Below are positions 31,565 through 44,674 of a stretch of 64,000 nt of DNA, one piece after another. How positions within the stretch are numbered: the stretch's first letter is position 1; each line of letters begins with the position of its first letter. The position numbers were made by a program, and so were the translations under genes. The notes below the pieces were generated by a model, which was not told where the DNA came from, did no database searches, and worked only from the letters and a program-made list of their open reading frames with translations. The stretch covers positions 1,302,001 through 1,366,000 of the forward strand of contig CM074814.1 of assembly GCA_037447605.1 (NCBI GenBank), given 5' to 3'. The DNA comes from Zygnema circumcarinatum SAG 698-1b (Eukaryota; Plantae; Zygnematophyceae).

Positions 31565-33494
31565 ATCAAATGATATATAATGCAACACACTTAAACGGGT
31601 GACTATTGAACAAACCACTCAAATCGGCGAAAACAGGAAGGAGTTTCATAGTATGGGTGACAGCAGTCACTTTAATGCACCTTCGAGCAATTAGAACCAA
31701 CTCTGCATCGCATGGTTTGGAGGATACAGCCATGACCCCTGTCTGCATTAAACGCAGATTTTGCAGGGAATGGAATGGGACTCTGTTGCTTCTTGTGAAT
31801 ACAGACACACCTTTCGTCGTCTCCCCACTTGTAAGTCAAGTCTCGCATTTTCCAGAGTAGAATCGAAACTTTGCAATAAGGACGCCATAAGTTTGTTATG
31901 AAAGCGATTCACTGCGATCATCACAGTCATCACTGCTTCCATTATTTCTTTTCTTATAAGCAAAAAACTGGCAGCAGATTCGGTGCATATGCATCCAAAC
32001 GAATGCAGTAACTTCGAGAATATCATTCATCTATATGCAGATACAACTGAAGCCTTCTCTACGGAGCTCCAATGTTCCACAACGTTGATGTCTTCATCGC
32101 AATGTACAAGTTCAAGCAACAACAGTTTGAATGCCATACAATCTAAACGGAACACAGGGGTTCAAATTGAACACAAGGAAGGTATTCTTCTCGAACTATG
32201 TCGGATGCAACCTTCTTAAACTCCAGCACAGTTTTCTGTCAAAACAATATGTTTCAGTCAAATACTTTCAAATACTCGACCGCCTCGGATGTGAGGTGAA
32301 CGCTTTGCCCCATATACTTATCTTTCTAAAAAATCCCAACTCCTTCCCCCCTTCCCCGATACAGTTTTTCCGGATAACAAGGCTTTGTTATTTGAATGTC
32401 TGTCTTTCATTTGCAACTAGGGGTCCTTTGGTCTATTGTGCAATTCCTTGAGGGGGGGGGGGGGTGGGGGGGGGAGGAGAGAGAAAGGGAAGCAAAGGAC
32501 GAAAAAAAAAGCCAAGCGAGAAAAGTAAGCCACAAGACGTTCACAAAAGATTCGGAAATAGCAACTTTTAAGAGATGAACCACAGCGTAGTGGGCTTATG
32601 CATCCTGTCCGCCTGCAGAGAGAGGTGTTCCCACACTCCGCTCTTGGACAGCAAGAAAGAATCGCGTTGAATTGGCATTGAATCAATTACCGTTCCATGT
32701 GACTGAAAGACCATCGACATTCACAGTGCGCTTCCAGGTAAGAGCATCTCATATCCACTCTCTTCTCTTGCACTATTATCCCTTGCGTTATTCGTTTAGC
32801 ACCTCTTATCTTAGATGGTCTAAAGCACTTCGTGAATTTTGCGGTTTCTTATTGCAATGTAGTGATACTGAACCCTTCCAATGAGTCGCATGGAGGATAT
32901 AGGAGCCTCCTAATAAATGGCCAGCTTGGAATGATACAACAGACTCATGCTTATTCGCTCCCAGCAGTTGCAAACAAAGTGAGTGACCAAAGGTAGCACA
33001 TATTAAGCTACTATACAGAAAATGAATCTTTTTTTTTCGCAATGGTCAAATTCCAATGCATGGAGGAAGTCTTTGCTTTTTTTGGCGTTTGGGAATCGAA
33101 CCGCTTGAACGCTATTTTCCAGTTTAAATTTTACTGGCAGATGCTGTTGCTAGAGGTCATACTATAGGAGACAGCCAATGTATGTCACTGCCAATGTCAT
33201 CGGATATGACTAAGGTTTGATTTCCGAATCATGTGAGCTTGCTCTGAATTTTTTATCGACAAAAATTATGTGTCCGATATCGTGTACTATGAAGACTAGA
33301 GCAGTGTCATGGTGTAATGGCGGGCAGCAAAAGACACGTCTCAGCAGCCAATTGTTTGCGGTGTTGTGCACGTTGCAGCGAGCAGTAGAGAGGTCAGCAG
33401 CGCACCAGCTGACTGCCCTTCAGCTGCCCTTCACGCTCCGCTCCGAACATATTCGCCAACGCCTTTCCTACCGCTCATATTTCCTTTCTCGTCC

Positions 33495-33645
33495 TTTCTC
33501 CCCCGCTCCCTCCCTCTACCCCTCCCCCTCCCCCNNNNNNNNNNCCCTCTCCCTCTCCCTCTCCCTCTCCCTCTCCCTCTCCCTCCCCCTCCCTCTCCCA
33601 CTGCCTCTCCCTCTGCCTCTCCCTCTCTCTCTCCCCCCCTCTCCC
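33495..33645. repeat. (CCCTCT/CCCCTC)n tract interrupted by an N gap
   Basis: Hexamer pyrimidine repeats with 10 N at 33535-33544. Confidence 0.9.
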
Positions 33646-34538
33646 AACTGTTCATTTCTCACCCTCCCAATTTGTTGTCCGTACATAACCGTACAATTTT
33701 TTATGAAGTACAGTAGGACCCCGTCATATTTTCCACCTTCAAAAGTGCGTCCTCAAGAAATTCGCCCCGATTTTGCCGAAACCACCTTTTTGTACGGTAA
33801 CTTGTGTTAGCCGTACTAACCGTACTAGATGTACTAGCCGTCACGGGCTTACGCAAAACTCACCTATTCTCCCCGCACGTGCCGCCGTAAGAGGCGCTCG
33901 CTCTTCTCCACTTCATCTTGGATTCGATACGATACGATACGCACCGATACGGTACTATCCGTACTAGCCGTACGAGCTGTAGTAGCCGTTACGGGCTCGA
34001 AGCATTTTGGTTTGCTGCCTCAGTAAACGCTAAGGCGTGCTTCATGTACTGTATGCGGTTTGCCAGGCGTGCTTCATGTACTGTACAGTAGGGGGTCCTC
34101 ATATTTTCCACCCTGGTTCCGGGCAAAATGAGGCGAAAATATTAAATTTGCATATATAAGGTTCGTGTTACGAATAGACGGGCGGTATTATGTTAGAGTT
34201 CATGTTGAACCTTACGTATCGTACCGTACCATATCGTACCGTATCGTACTGTACCATTTAGCATCGTATCGTATCGTGGCATATCGTGACGCATATACTG
34301 TTGTACATACTGTCGTCATCCAACCATCGGGGAGTTTCGTATCGTATTGACCGTATCGTATCGTATCATATCGTATCGAAGTCAAGAAGACGGGTAGAAG
34401 AGCGAGCGCCTCTTACGGCGGCACGAGCGGGGAGATTAGGTGCGTTTTGCGTAAGCCCGGAACGTGTAGCGTAACGGAGCTGCGTTCGACGGATCCGCGC
34501 CCGGACGGATCCGCGCCCGTTCAGTTGTACTTGACATG

Positions 34539-35257
34539 TGTTAGTGTACATAGTTAGTTCAGATTAGCATGTTTGTGTTGGCGCTTAGTTCCTAGGGGTG
34601 TGCTTCTAGGTGTGACATGTATGGGGACGGACTTACTTCAGCGTGCGCGCGGCGGCGAGACCGACCGCGCAACCGTACGGATAGTATGGACCGTACGGAC
34701 CGTACGGTCGGTACGGACAGTACGGCCGAGAGTCCGACATTTGGTACCGCGCCGAGGAATCGGTCCTGGCGTACGGAATCGTGGACTGATGCGGCGGAAG
34801 ACGGCGGAGTCGGTGGAGGCGGCGGAGCGTACTTTGCGTACGGAAGATAGTCCTTGTGGGTGACGGCGGGAAGTTCAGCTCGGCGGTAGAGTACATGGCC
34901 ATCTGGGTTAGAGCGGTGGTGTTGGTACGTTGCCAGGCTGGGTGTACTATGCATAGCAAGACACGAAGTAGTTTATTTAGGTTGTTTGAATAAGGTTGTT
35001 GCATGCATGGTCCCGGCGCGTGTGACGTGACATGGTCACGTCACAGCCCCATACTATATAGTGAGAGTGGGTGTGTAAGTTAAAAACCTTCTTGATATGC
35101 ATTGCAAGGCTATGGCAGTTTGAAGGCATGGCTTTGGCAACAGGAGGTGGACCTTTGTGAGGAGTCTCCGTGTGTGGAGAGCTGCCTCACGTGAAGGTGA
35201 AGTGATCATGTGGTGAAAGCTTGACTAGGCTTATGGGGGCTTGAGTTGGAAAGCTTG
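34539..35257. mobile_element. Possible second LTR element inserted into the first LTR
   Basis: The family sequence gtacttgacat is followed here by TGTTAGTG... instead of the atgcctcttcc seen in the 59444 copy. There is a TATA-like ctatatag at about 35053. The other end is not visible. Confidence 0.4.
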
Positions 35258-35267
35258 NNNNNNNNNN

Positions 35268-36394
35268 CGTACTAGCCGTACGAGCTGTAGTAGCCGTTAC
35301 GGGCTCGAAGCATTTTGGTTTGCTGCCTCAGTAAACGCTAAGGCGTGCTTCATGTACTGTATGCGGTTTGCCAGGCGTGCTTCATGTACTGTACAGTAGG
35401 GGGTCCTCATATTTTCCACCCTGGTTCCGGGCAAAATGAGGCGAAAATATTAAATTTGCATATATAAGGTTCGTGTTACGAATAGACGGGCGGTATTATG
35501 TTAGAGTTCATGTTGAACCTTACGTATCGTACCGTACCATATCGTACCGTATCGTACTGTACCATTTAGCATCGTATCGTATCGTGGCATATCGTGACGC
35601 ATATACTGTTGTACATACTGTCGTCATCCAACCATCGGGGAGTTTCGTATCGTATTGACCGTATCGTATCGTATCATATCGTATCGAAGTCAAGAAGACG
35701 GGTAGAAGAGCGAGCGCCTCTTACGGCGGCACGAGCGGGGAGATTAGGTGCGTTTTGCGTAAGCCCGGAACGTGTAGCGTAACGGAGCTGCGTTCGACGG
35801 ATCCGCGCCCGGACGGATCCGCGCCCGTTCAGTTGTACTTGACATGTGTTAGTGTACATAGTTAGTTCAGATTAGCATGTTTGTGTTGGCGCTTAGTTCC
35901 TAGGGGTGTGCTTCTAGGTGTGACATGTATGGGGACGGACTTACTTCAGCGTGCGCGCGGCGGCGAGACCGACCGCGCAACCGTACGGATAGTATGGACC
36001 GTACGGACCGTACGGTCGGTACGGACAGTACGGCCGAGAGTCCGACATTTGGTACCGCGCCGAGGAATCGGTCCTGGCGTACGGAATCGTGGACTGATGC
36101 GGCGGAAGACGGCGGAGTCGGTGGAGGCGGCGGAGCGTACTTTGCGTACGGAAGATAGTCCTTGTGGGTGACGGCGGGAAGTTCAGCTCGGCGGTAGAGT
36201 ACATGGCCATCTGGGTTAGAGCGGTGGTGTTGGTACGTTGCCAGGCTGGGTGTACTATGCATAGCAAGACACGAAGTAGTTTATTTAGGTTGTTTGAATA
36301 AGGTTGTTGCATGCATGGTCCCGGCGCGTGTGACGTGACATGGTCACGTCACAGCCCCATACTATATAGTGAGAGTGGGTGTGTAAGTTAAAAA
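35268..36394. other. Apparently identical copy of 33960-35086 between two 10-N gaps (probable assembly overlap)
   Basis: Constant offset of 1308 bp with identical ORFs in the track; the block starts and ends at N runs. Confidence 0.8.
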
Positions 36395-36404
36395 NNNNNN
36401 NNNN

Positions 36405-37739
36405 AGGCTCAAGATCTATTGTCAGTGTTAGGTAGATGGGATGTCAGTGATGCTTGTTTGTCTTTTAGTGCTGGGCTTAGTATTTGTATTTGCTGTGTGG
36501 TTTGTTGTCTTGTTCTTCTCTTCTTCCTCTTCAGTTCCAGCAACAGATGCTAAGTGTGAGAGAGAGAGAGAGTTCCATGCCATAGATAGAGAGAGAGAGA
36601 GAGAGAAAGAGTCTTCTTGCTGATAGCATTTAGACGTCCCATTCAGCCCAGCTAGACAAAGATTTCAGTGAGAAGATCCTTTCATTGTAATGACTATCCC
36701 CAGCCAACCGCTGGCTGGGGTGACTTTCCAAAATACAACCTTTATCTAAATTGAGTCCTGTTTTCCCTTTGCTGTCACTATGCCAAGCTACCATCTTGTT
36801 CTATCCTGCCTTGCATCCCTCCCAATGACCAATGATAACTAGAAGCCTAGCTAAGAGACTAGCCGAGGAGAGGACAGGGGAAGAGAGCCCCCAAGGAAGG
36901 GCTCTTTGCGCATCGAGTCCAGCCGCCGGTGGGAACATCTTCAGGATCCCTACGTCTTCCGCTGCGCGTACCTCTGAATCTCCCGGATCCTGGCTCTATG
37001 CTGCAGGCAGACCCACAGGACCAACACAACCCTTCATCAGTTTCAGCACGGACGCGCGAGTGGCCGTACAGCACCTGCAACTAGCTCAACAGTCTCCTTT
37101 TAACCCCACTTATCTTGTGCTACAAACGGCTAGTACAGATAGTACGTACAGTACGGACAGTACAAACAGTACGAACAGTACGGCTAACACAAGTTACCGT
37201 ACAAAAAAGTGGTTTCGGCAAATTTGGGGCGAAAATATTGAGGACGCACTCCTTGGGGTGGTAAATACGAGGACCCCCCACTGTATGCGGTTTTCCACGA
37301 TACGATACGGCACGATTCGGTGCGATATGATTGGATTACGATACGATACGATACGATACGTACGGACATACATGAACTCTAACATAATTCCGCTCGCCTA
37401 TTTGTAACACGGACCTTATATTTGCCAAATACAATATGGGGGCGACTATTTACAGTGTACGGATTCTGAATGTAGTGTACGATTTCGCCGGGCAGCAAAA
37501 AAATCCTTTTTTTGGTTGCCCAACGCTGTTTCATACTTTTTAGAATAGATACAGACCTTTTTTCGTCGGATGTACGGATAGTGATTTGAAATGTACCAAC
37601 CGCGCGCGTCTACAAGGTAGAAGGGCGCAACACGTGGAGCGACATGATTGGTGCGGCAACATATGACGTGACAAGTATGTTTTGGACCGTGACGTGACGA
37701 AACGAGACGCGACAAAAGTGGAGTCCGCGGACGGCAGTC
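36405..37739. other. Apparently identical copy of 37770-39104 between two 10-N gaps (probable assembly overlap)
   Basis: Constant offset of 1365 bp with identical ORFs in the track; the block is bounded by N runs. Confidence 0.8.
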
Positions 37740-38802
37740 NNNNNNNNNNATCAGGGACTGTCACTACTAAGGCTCAAGATCTATTGTCAGTGTTAGGTAG
37801 ATGGGATGTCAGTGATGCTTGTTTGTCTTTTAGTGCTGGGCTTAGTATTTGTATTTGCTGTGTGGTTTGTTGTCTTGTTCTTCTCTTCTTCCTCTTCAGT
37901 TCCAGCAACAGATGCTAAGTGTGAGAGAGAGAGAGAGTTCCATGCCATAGATAGAGAGAGAGAGAGAGAGAAAGAGTCTTCTTGCTGATAGCATTTAGAC
38001 GTCCCATTCAGCCCAGCTAGACAAAGATTTCAGTGAGAAGATCCTTTCATTGTAATGACTATCCCCAGCCAACCGCTGGCTGGGGTGACTTTCCAAAATA
38101 CAACCTTTATCTAAATTGAGTCCTGTTTTCCCTTTGCTGTCACTATGCCAAGCTACCATCTTGTTCTATCCTGCCTTGCATCCCTCCCAATGACCAATGA
38201 TAACTAGAAGCCTAGCTAAGAGACTAGCCGAGGAGAGGACAGGGGAAGAGAGCCCCCAAGGAAGGGCTCTTTGCGCATCGAGTCCAGCCGCCGGTGGGAA
38301 CATCTTCAGGATCCCTACGTCTTCCGCTGCGCGTACCTCTGAATCTCCCGGATCCTGGCTCTATGCTGCAGGCAGACCCACAGGACCAACACAACCCTTC
38401 ATCAGTTTCAGCACGGACGCGCGAGTGGCCGTACAGCACCTGCAACTAGCTCAACAGTCTCCTTTTAACCCCACTTATCTTGTGCTACAAACGGCTAGTA
38501 CAGATAGTACGTACAGTACGGACAGTACAAACAGTACGAACAGTACGGCTAACACAAGTTACCGTACAAAAAAGTGGTTTCGGCAAATTTGGGGCGAAAA
38601 TATTGAGGACGCACTCCTTGGGGTGGTAAATACGAGGACCCCCCACTGTATGCGGTTTTCCACGATACGATACGGCACGATTCGGTGCGATATGATTGGA
38701 TTACGATACGATACGATACGATACGTACGGACATACATGAACTCTAACATAATTCCGCTCGCCTATTTGTAACACGGACCTTATATTTGCCAAATACAAT
38801 AT

Positions 38803-39502
38803 GGGGGCGACTATTTACAGTGTACGGATTCTGAATGTAGTGTACGATTTCGCCGGGCAGCAAAAAAATCCTTTTTTTGGTTGCCCAACGCTGTTTCATA
38901 CTTTTTAGAATAGATACAGACCTTTTTTCGTCGGATGTACGGATAGTGATTTGAAATGTACCAACCGCGCGCGTCTACAAGGTAGAAGGGCGCAACACGT
39001 GGAGCGACATGATTGGTGCGGCAACATATGACGTGACAAGTATGTTTTGGACCGTGACGTGACGAAACGAGACGCGACAAAAGTGGAGTCCGCGGACGGC
39101 AGTCGGAAATGGCGGGAATAAAAACTGACAGATTTTTCCTGAAACACGCTACGTTATGTGCCCTAACTTTCTCTGTCAGTTTTAATTCCGGCCATTTCCG
39201 ACTGCCGTCCGCGGACTCCACTTTTGTCGCGTCTCGTTTTGTCACGTCACGGTCCCAAACATACTTGCCACGTCATATGTTGCCGCGACCAATCATGTTG
39301 CTCCACGTGTTGCGCCCTTATACCTTGTAGACGCGCGCGCTTGGTACATTTCAAATCACTATCCGTACATCCGACGAAAAAAGGTCTGTATCTATTCTAA
39401 AAAGTATGAAACAGCGTTGGGCAACCAAAAAAAGGATTTTTTTGCTGCCCGGCGAAATCGTACACTACATTCAGAATCCGTACACTGTAAATAGTCGCCC
39501 CC
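38803..39502. mobile_element. 700-bp foldback element with long TIRs and an 8-bp TSD
   Basis: TACAATAT|GGGGGCGACTATTTACAGTG ... CACTGTAAATAGTCGCCCCC|TACAATAT. The arms are about 330 bp with a short spacer, and the element is inserted in a MITE family 1 sequence. Confidence 0.88.
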
Positions 39503-39969
39503 TACAATATTTTCGCCCGATTTTTGCCAAATGTAGGTGGAAAATATGACGGGGTCCTACTGTACGGTACAGTATATGATGCATACAGTACATGGTGTAC
39601 ATCATGTCGTACATATACGAATATGTCACAAGGACTTCTACAGTAACTGTACGAATATGTTAAGATGTGTGTACGATAACGTACGAGCTGTACGTATTGA
39701 GCGTACGGATGATTGTCCGACCAATCCGACCCCTCCACGTGACCAAAAAGGTGACGTGGCGGACCTTTCCTGAACGGAAACCCTGAAAGTGCAGAGGGGG
39801 AGATCTGCAAAGTCTGCAGGGAGAGTGGGAGGGAAAGAGAGGCGGAGAGCTTGCAGCAGGAAAATTGAAGAGCGAGTGGAGGCGAGGAAGCAGACCATAG
39901 AAGGGAGGTCAAGGAAGAGTAGCATCCGCAAAGGGGAGGGTCGGTCTAGGGACTTGTTTGTGAGTGGAG

Positions 39970-42900
39970 ATGGTGAGTATTGCGTTTGCCTCCATAGTGT
40001 TGGCTTTTGTGCGTAACCTCTATCCTTGCTTCGAATTTGCTTAGCAATACACTTTTGTTTAATTAGACCATTGACTCCGTGTGAAGCATTTTTTGGAAAA
40101 CGGTATTGTTGCTGACGCATCTTCATTGAAGTTGGAGAAATGCCTGACACTTCTCCTTTCACTTCTGCAGGAAAATCTTTGGAAGGAGGTCTTTCTGGTT
40201 GGAACTGAGGTGAGAATTTCTTGTTCAGTTTTATTGTTTTAAGCAGCCAGTTGGATTGTTTTTTGCTTTTGCAAAATTCTGGCTATTAATTACCTCTTGT
40301 TCTTTTACAGTGGGCTCAATACGAGGATGTTCATAAACAAAACTGGGATTTTTCTTCCCTGGAGGTAAATATTCGACGCTCGACCTTTTCATTTGTACAT
40401 TTCAGCGATGATACGTAGTAGTGGAACTGCTGAATATACTCTTTTGCTCGCCTTATCCACTTTTAAGCTATTCATTGTACTAACCAAGATGCTTCAAAAC
40501 TTTTGCAGGAGGCATTTGAGGCTGGAGGGGTTTTGCACGAGAAGACCTGTTGGCTGTTCGGGTCGACTGAAGGTAAATTCGTTTTACACTTGTCCATCTA
40601 CTTTAAGCAAATTGCCATGCTATGTTTTTGTTTGTCAGCATCGAAAACTCCGCATTGAAATTTATGGATAAGTAAACTCTTGAACTGTCTGTCAAATGCA
40701 GGTCAATATTCGCAAGTGTTGGAGAAAGCTTTTTTGATCCCGGTGATCTTTGCTGTAAGTTGCTGGCTTTTGTCTTGCTATACCTCATCCCTCAGACCAT
40801 AGAGCTCTGTTTCCTTTCTTCACAAATGCGATTGTAAATGTGGTAGAGGTTATGGACTAATCTGATTAAGACTTGTGTTATGGCTGGCAGGTGGTTTCCC
40901 CACTGGCCCCGTCTTACAAGCTCGGGGTGAAGTCCGTCCAAATGGAAAATGAAGAAATCATCGACATGAATGAAATGAAGTTTGGCTGGATTCCGTATTT
41001 TGACGAGGAGACGGCGTGGTAATAATACTTGCGATATTGTTAATTTTACGTGTTCATTTGTATGCTCATGTGATTGAACATTGCTGGTTTCTCAATTTTT
41101 TTTTTTTTTCCTTCTGTTATTTGGTGTGCATTGTGGCTGTGCAGGAGAAAACCTGCAGAACGTTCTGAAGTGAAAATTCATGTATTGAAGTGCAAACAAC
41201 GGAGGTAATACGGAAACTGTTGTTGCTTTTGCTTCTCCGTTTGTTTCCAGCTTCACGCTTAAATCATGTATTGTCGAGTGAGTTGCTAACACATACTTCC
41301 AAGTGCATTATGCAGGACGACCTTAAAAAGGATGAAAGAGGAGCAAGTGAAAAAATTTGAATATTTGCTTCCATGTGAGTTTAAGTCACTTCCCCTTTTT
41401 ATAGTTGTTCCTATTCGACATACTTGTAGATTCTTGTGCCCTTTTCTGTCGATTCTTGGAATCTGCCGCATGTGCGCAGATAGACCTGTTCTTTTGGTTG
41501 GTGCTAGGTTGGATACTAAACTATAGGGTGTTCCTTCACAGATGTTTTCAACCCAGAGAAGGAAGGGGATCCCCCAGCAGACTCAGTAGTCCAAATCATG
41601 TACACATATGACGAGGAAAAGCCACCGGTGCGTCCTTTGCATCAGAAGCTTTTAGGCCCGTTGTACCAGTGTTTCTATGCTTAGCTTGTATCAACTCCTA
41701 CCTCGTTCTTCCTATTTTAGTTTTGACGTCACCTGACTATCGAATGTTGGTACTTATTATGAGCAACGTAATCAAAGGGACGAGGTGTCTTCTGGAGTAG
41801 GTACACCAATAGTCACGGGGGTATTGGAACTATACAAGAATACAACGAAGAGAGTAGATATGATGATTCAGATGTCCGTACCTTTGCATGAACGTCGGAA
41901 TCAGCAGTGTAATTCATTCAAGAGACATTCGCAATGAAAGGGTCAAGTAGGGTTAAGGTTGAGGCCACCATGACTAATAGTTCTATCTTGCAGGTCATTT
42001 CTGTAGTGATTGAAAGACAAATATTGAACTTTAAACAAGGGATGGCTTAAGGGGAGTGTCTTATATTTGTTTGTATGTTTTGGGATGTGGAGGGCTGGGT
42101 GGCAGATTGTCACAGATTATGATTGGAAGATGGATGACAAAGAGGTACATGGCCTTCACTCTCATTAGTATGAGTGATGCCTTGATCTCTTTTGGGCATT
42201 GCAGCTTCTGTCCTCCAAGAGAAAGGCCGCTTTCAATGTGATCCTAAGTCAACTGTTTATGGTTTGAGCGGTTTGGAAAAGATCAAGGCATCACTGCTAC
42301 TAATAAGTGTGAAGGCCACGTACATCTTGCAGGATTTTTTGGAGAGGATTTCTGAAGAAACTGAACTGCCAGAGGCAGAACTTGAGAAGTTTTGGGTAAG
42401 GCTCCAGCTCCATCTCGAATTCTGTTCGAAGTGATGGGACTGGCAGTGGAGACGGAAGGCAGGAACTATCTATCAGCCGCTGCTAAGGGAGCAACTAGAA
42501 CTCCCCACTGTTACTGTTTTTGGTTTATGTGTTTTAGAATCTTTGGGCACATTTAATTTCCTGATTGGATGTGTGATATTGGCATTGCTTTGAATTTATG
42601 GGTCAGGCACACTGCAAAGACAAAGCGAATGCGGCAAAAGCGAATATTAGGGAGGTGAGTTGAGACATAAACTGTTGCCTTTGTCTACCTGTAGAGTTGC
42701 TAGGGTCATCAATAAGATGTTTGCATGCTTTTTGGCTCTAAAGAAATCCTGAATAACAACCTTTGTCCATTCACTACGCCAATCGCCAGTCTTGTTACCG
42801 GGCGCTTGACCTTTGTTCGCTCTATGTAAGAAGTTGCAGTTCAACTGGAATGGCTTAGAAATGCTGAATAGTGAAGGATCAAAGTTTGTATGGATGCTGA

Positions 42901-43373
42901 TATGAATGTTTGTTTTTACTGCATGCATTTTGCTAACAAGGAGTGTGAGTTTTGTTGCAACATGGCAGGCCCGAGCTGAACGAAAACGAATGATTGATTC
43001 GATGCCGGAGGCGGAGCGCGAGTCATTGCGAGTCATGAAAGTGTACAAGTTCTACCCAAAGGAGACTGCGGAAACTCCAGAAGTATTGAAGTGGGAGGTA
43101 AAAGCGTGTCCATTTTCATCCTGATAGTAGGGTGATTAACTTGCATGTTAGAAATTGTACTTTTGTTTTTCTGCTTTAGGTTCGTCTTAGAAAAAAAGTA
43201 GCATATTTTCAAGGGCAACTTCTTGCCGCTAACTTTAATCTTAACAATTTTTGTTTATGTTGCAGGTGAAATATGTGAACCGGTATTTTGGTAACGCAGA
43301 TGAGGTTTTTCCTCCCTTGGTACCGGAGGTTCCCTTTTCTTGGGGCGCCGGTAAGGTGACGGAAGCAACATGA
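39970..43373 (+). CDS. HIT4: HEAT-INTOLERANT 4-like chromocenter protein
   Basis: ATG|ENLWKEVFLVGTE|WAQYEDVHKQNWDFSSLE|EAFEAGG...FGSTE, KLGVKSVQMENEEIIDMNEMKFGWIPY, KKFEYLLPY, IVTDYDWKMDD, MKVYKFYP and KYVNRYFGNADEV follow the AT5G10010 family pattern across about 13 exons. Confidence 0.9.
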
Positions 43374-44674
43374 ACAACGCAAGAATGTTGATGAGGCCTT
43401 TGTTAAATTTTGGTACTTTTGTACATATGAGAAATGAGAAATCAGAAATGTAAGGGTGGATACCAGTAGTTTGGTTTCGCATTGAATTCGAGGAGTTAAA
43501 CCATTTGGAGTTCGTCGTTAACAGAAGCAATAAAATTTTATGGCGTAGTTGAGAGAGAAGCTTTAATAAGGCTATCCCATGTGGTTTCGTCATGAGTAGG
43601 AGAAATTGTTACTCACGTTTTGATAGAGCTATTGAGAGCTCCATTCAAAAACGGAGAGGGCCATTGTTGTAAATATTGCATGGCTAATTTTCTTCATGGT
43701 TCAAGATAGACATAGTAGAAATGCACGCAATCTACAGAGGGTGAGGGAGGGACGAGGAGGGAGGTGGAGGGGGAAGGGGAGGGAGAGGGAGAGCGAAGGG
43801 AGGGAGAGGGAAAGGGAAAGAGAACGAGATAAAGAGGGAGGACAACATTTGTCACAGTTTGTGCATCCTGCTGTGCCAAGGTAGATTCTCTCGAGAAAAA
43901 CAAGCATAGCAAAGGGAAGAAAAAAAAAAGGAATTAGGGATCACCCTCATGCGTGTCTTTCTTACAAAGGGAGTGGGAGAAGGAGAGGAAAAAAGAGAGG
44001 ATGACCATTCATTATACGAGGCCAGGCAAGGCTTCGCTTGACCTTAACTCCCAACGCCCTCACAATGTATGGCTTCTAGAGAGGGAAAGTAGGAAAGGGA
44101 CAGAGAAGATAACCATTCGTCACTTGCGGCGCATCCCACACACAGTACCAATGGAGCCTATTATCAAGGAAAACAAACATTGAAGAGGGAGGAGAAAGGA
44201 GATCAGGAATTGGAGGGTCTTTTCGTAGAAATAATTTCGTCTACATTTTTTTTTTTAAAATATGTACAAGGTGTCTAAACAAGCTCCGCTTGACGGCACC
44301 TTCCTCAGATGTGTTTATGGCTTACAATCTTCTTAGTCTGCTGTTCTAAATGAGCTACAAGATACCGCCAGGAGTGCCGCCACTCCAGAGCCGCCTTATA
44401 CTAAAGCCACATCGTAACCATCTATCTACTCATCAGATAGCACCTCCTCTCATTTCTACATAGTAAGTACAAAGCGAGTGTAATTTTACAACGTTCCCCA
44501 ATTCGAGGTGAAGGTCGCCTTCCCATCCTTCCCGCCTGCCATATCATATCGCTTTTGGATCGCAGTGGACATTCAGACACGGCTTCTTTCGAAGCTCTCC
44601 AGCTTTCTGCCAGACGGAAAGGTTTGGGGGGCGCAGTTGGATCTGAAAAAATAAATCTCCTTTGGGCATGCATT

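Larger units (their letters stand above)
34465..38489. mobile_element. LTR retroelement remnant (TGTAGC...GCTACA) with 4-bp TSD AACG; middle lost in assembly gaps
   Basis: aacg|TGTAGC at 34465 and GCTACA|aacg at 38489. Both ends are homologous to the solo LTR at 57315-58288. No gag/pol ORF is visible. Confidence 0.72.
34086..38648. mobile_element. MITE family 1, inner copy in opposite orientation, split by an LTR element
   Basis: TA|CAGTAGGGGGTCCTCATATTTTCCACC ... GGTGGTAAATACGAGGACCCCCCACTG|TA. The internal sequence resumes after the LTR at aacggctagtac. Confidence 0.75.
33711..39562. mobile_element. MITE family 1, outermost copy of a nested TE cluster
   Basis: Perfect 28-bp TIRs, CAGTAGGACCCCGTCATATTTTCCACCT (33711) and AGGTGGAAAATATGACGGGGTCCTACTG (ending 39562), each flanked by TA. 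Confidence 0.8.

Noticed and set aside
31600-33490. Separate gene upstream of PTH2
   Set aside because: The short ORFs have no recognisable similarity; the region is more likely PTH2 5' exons, introns and promoter.
36832-38772. 191-aa ORFs (MITRSLAK...) as retroelement genes
   Set aside because: They run from LTR into MITE sequence across a junction and show no gag, RT or integrase motifs.
33960-39104. Tandem duplications of 1.1 kb and 1.3 kb as real segmental repeats
   Set aside because: The copies appear base-identical and begin and end exactly at 10-N gaps, which is typical of unmerged contig overlaps; long reads are needed.
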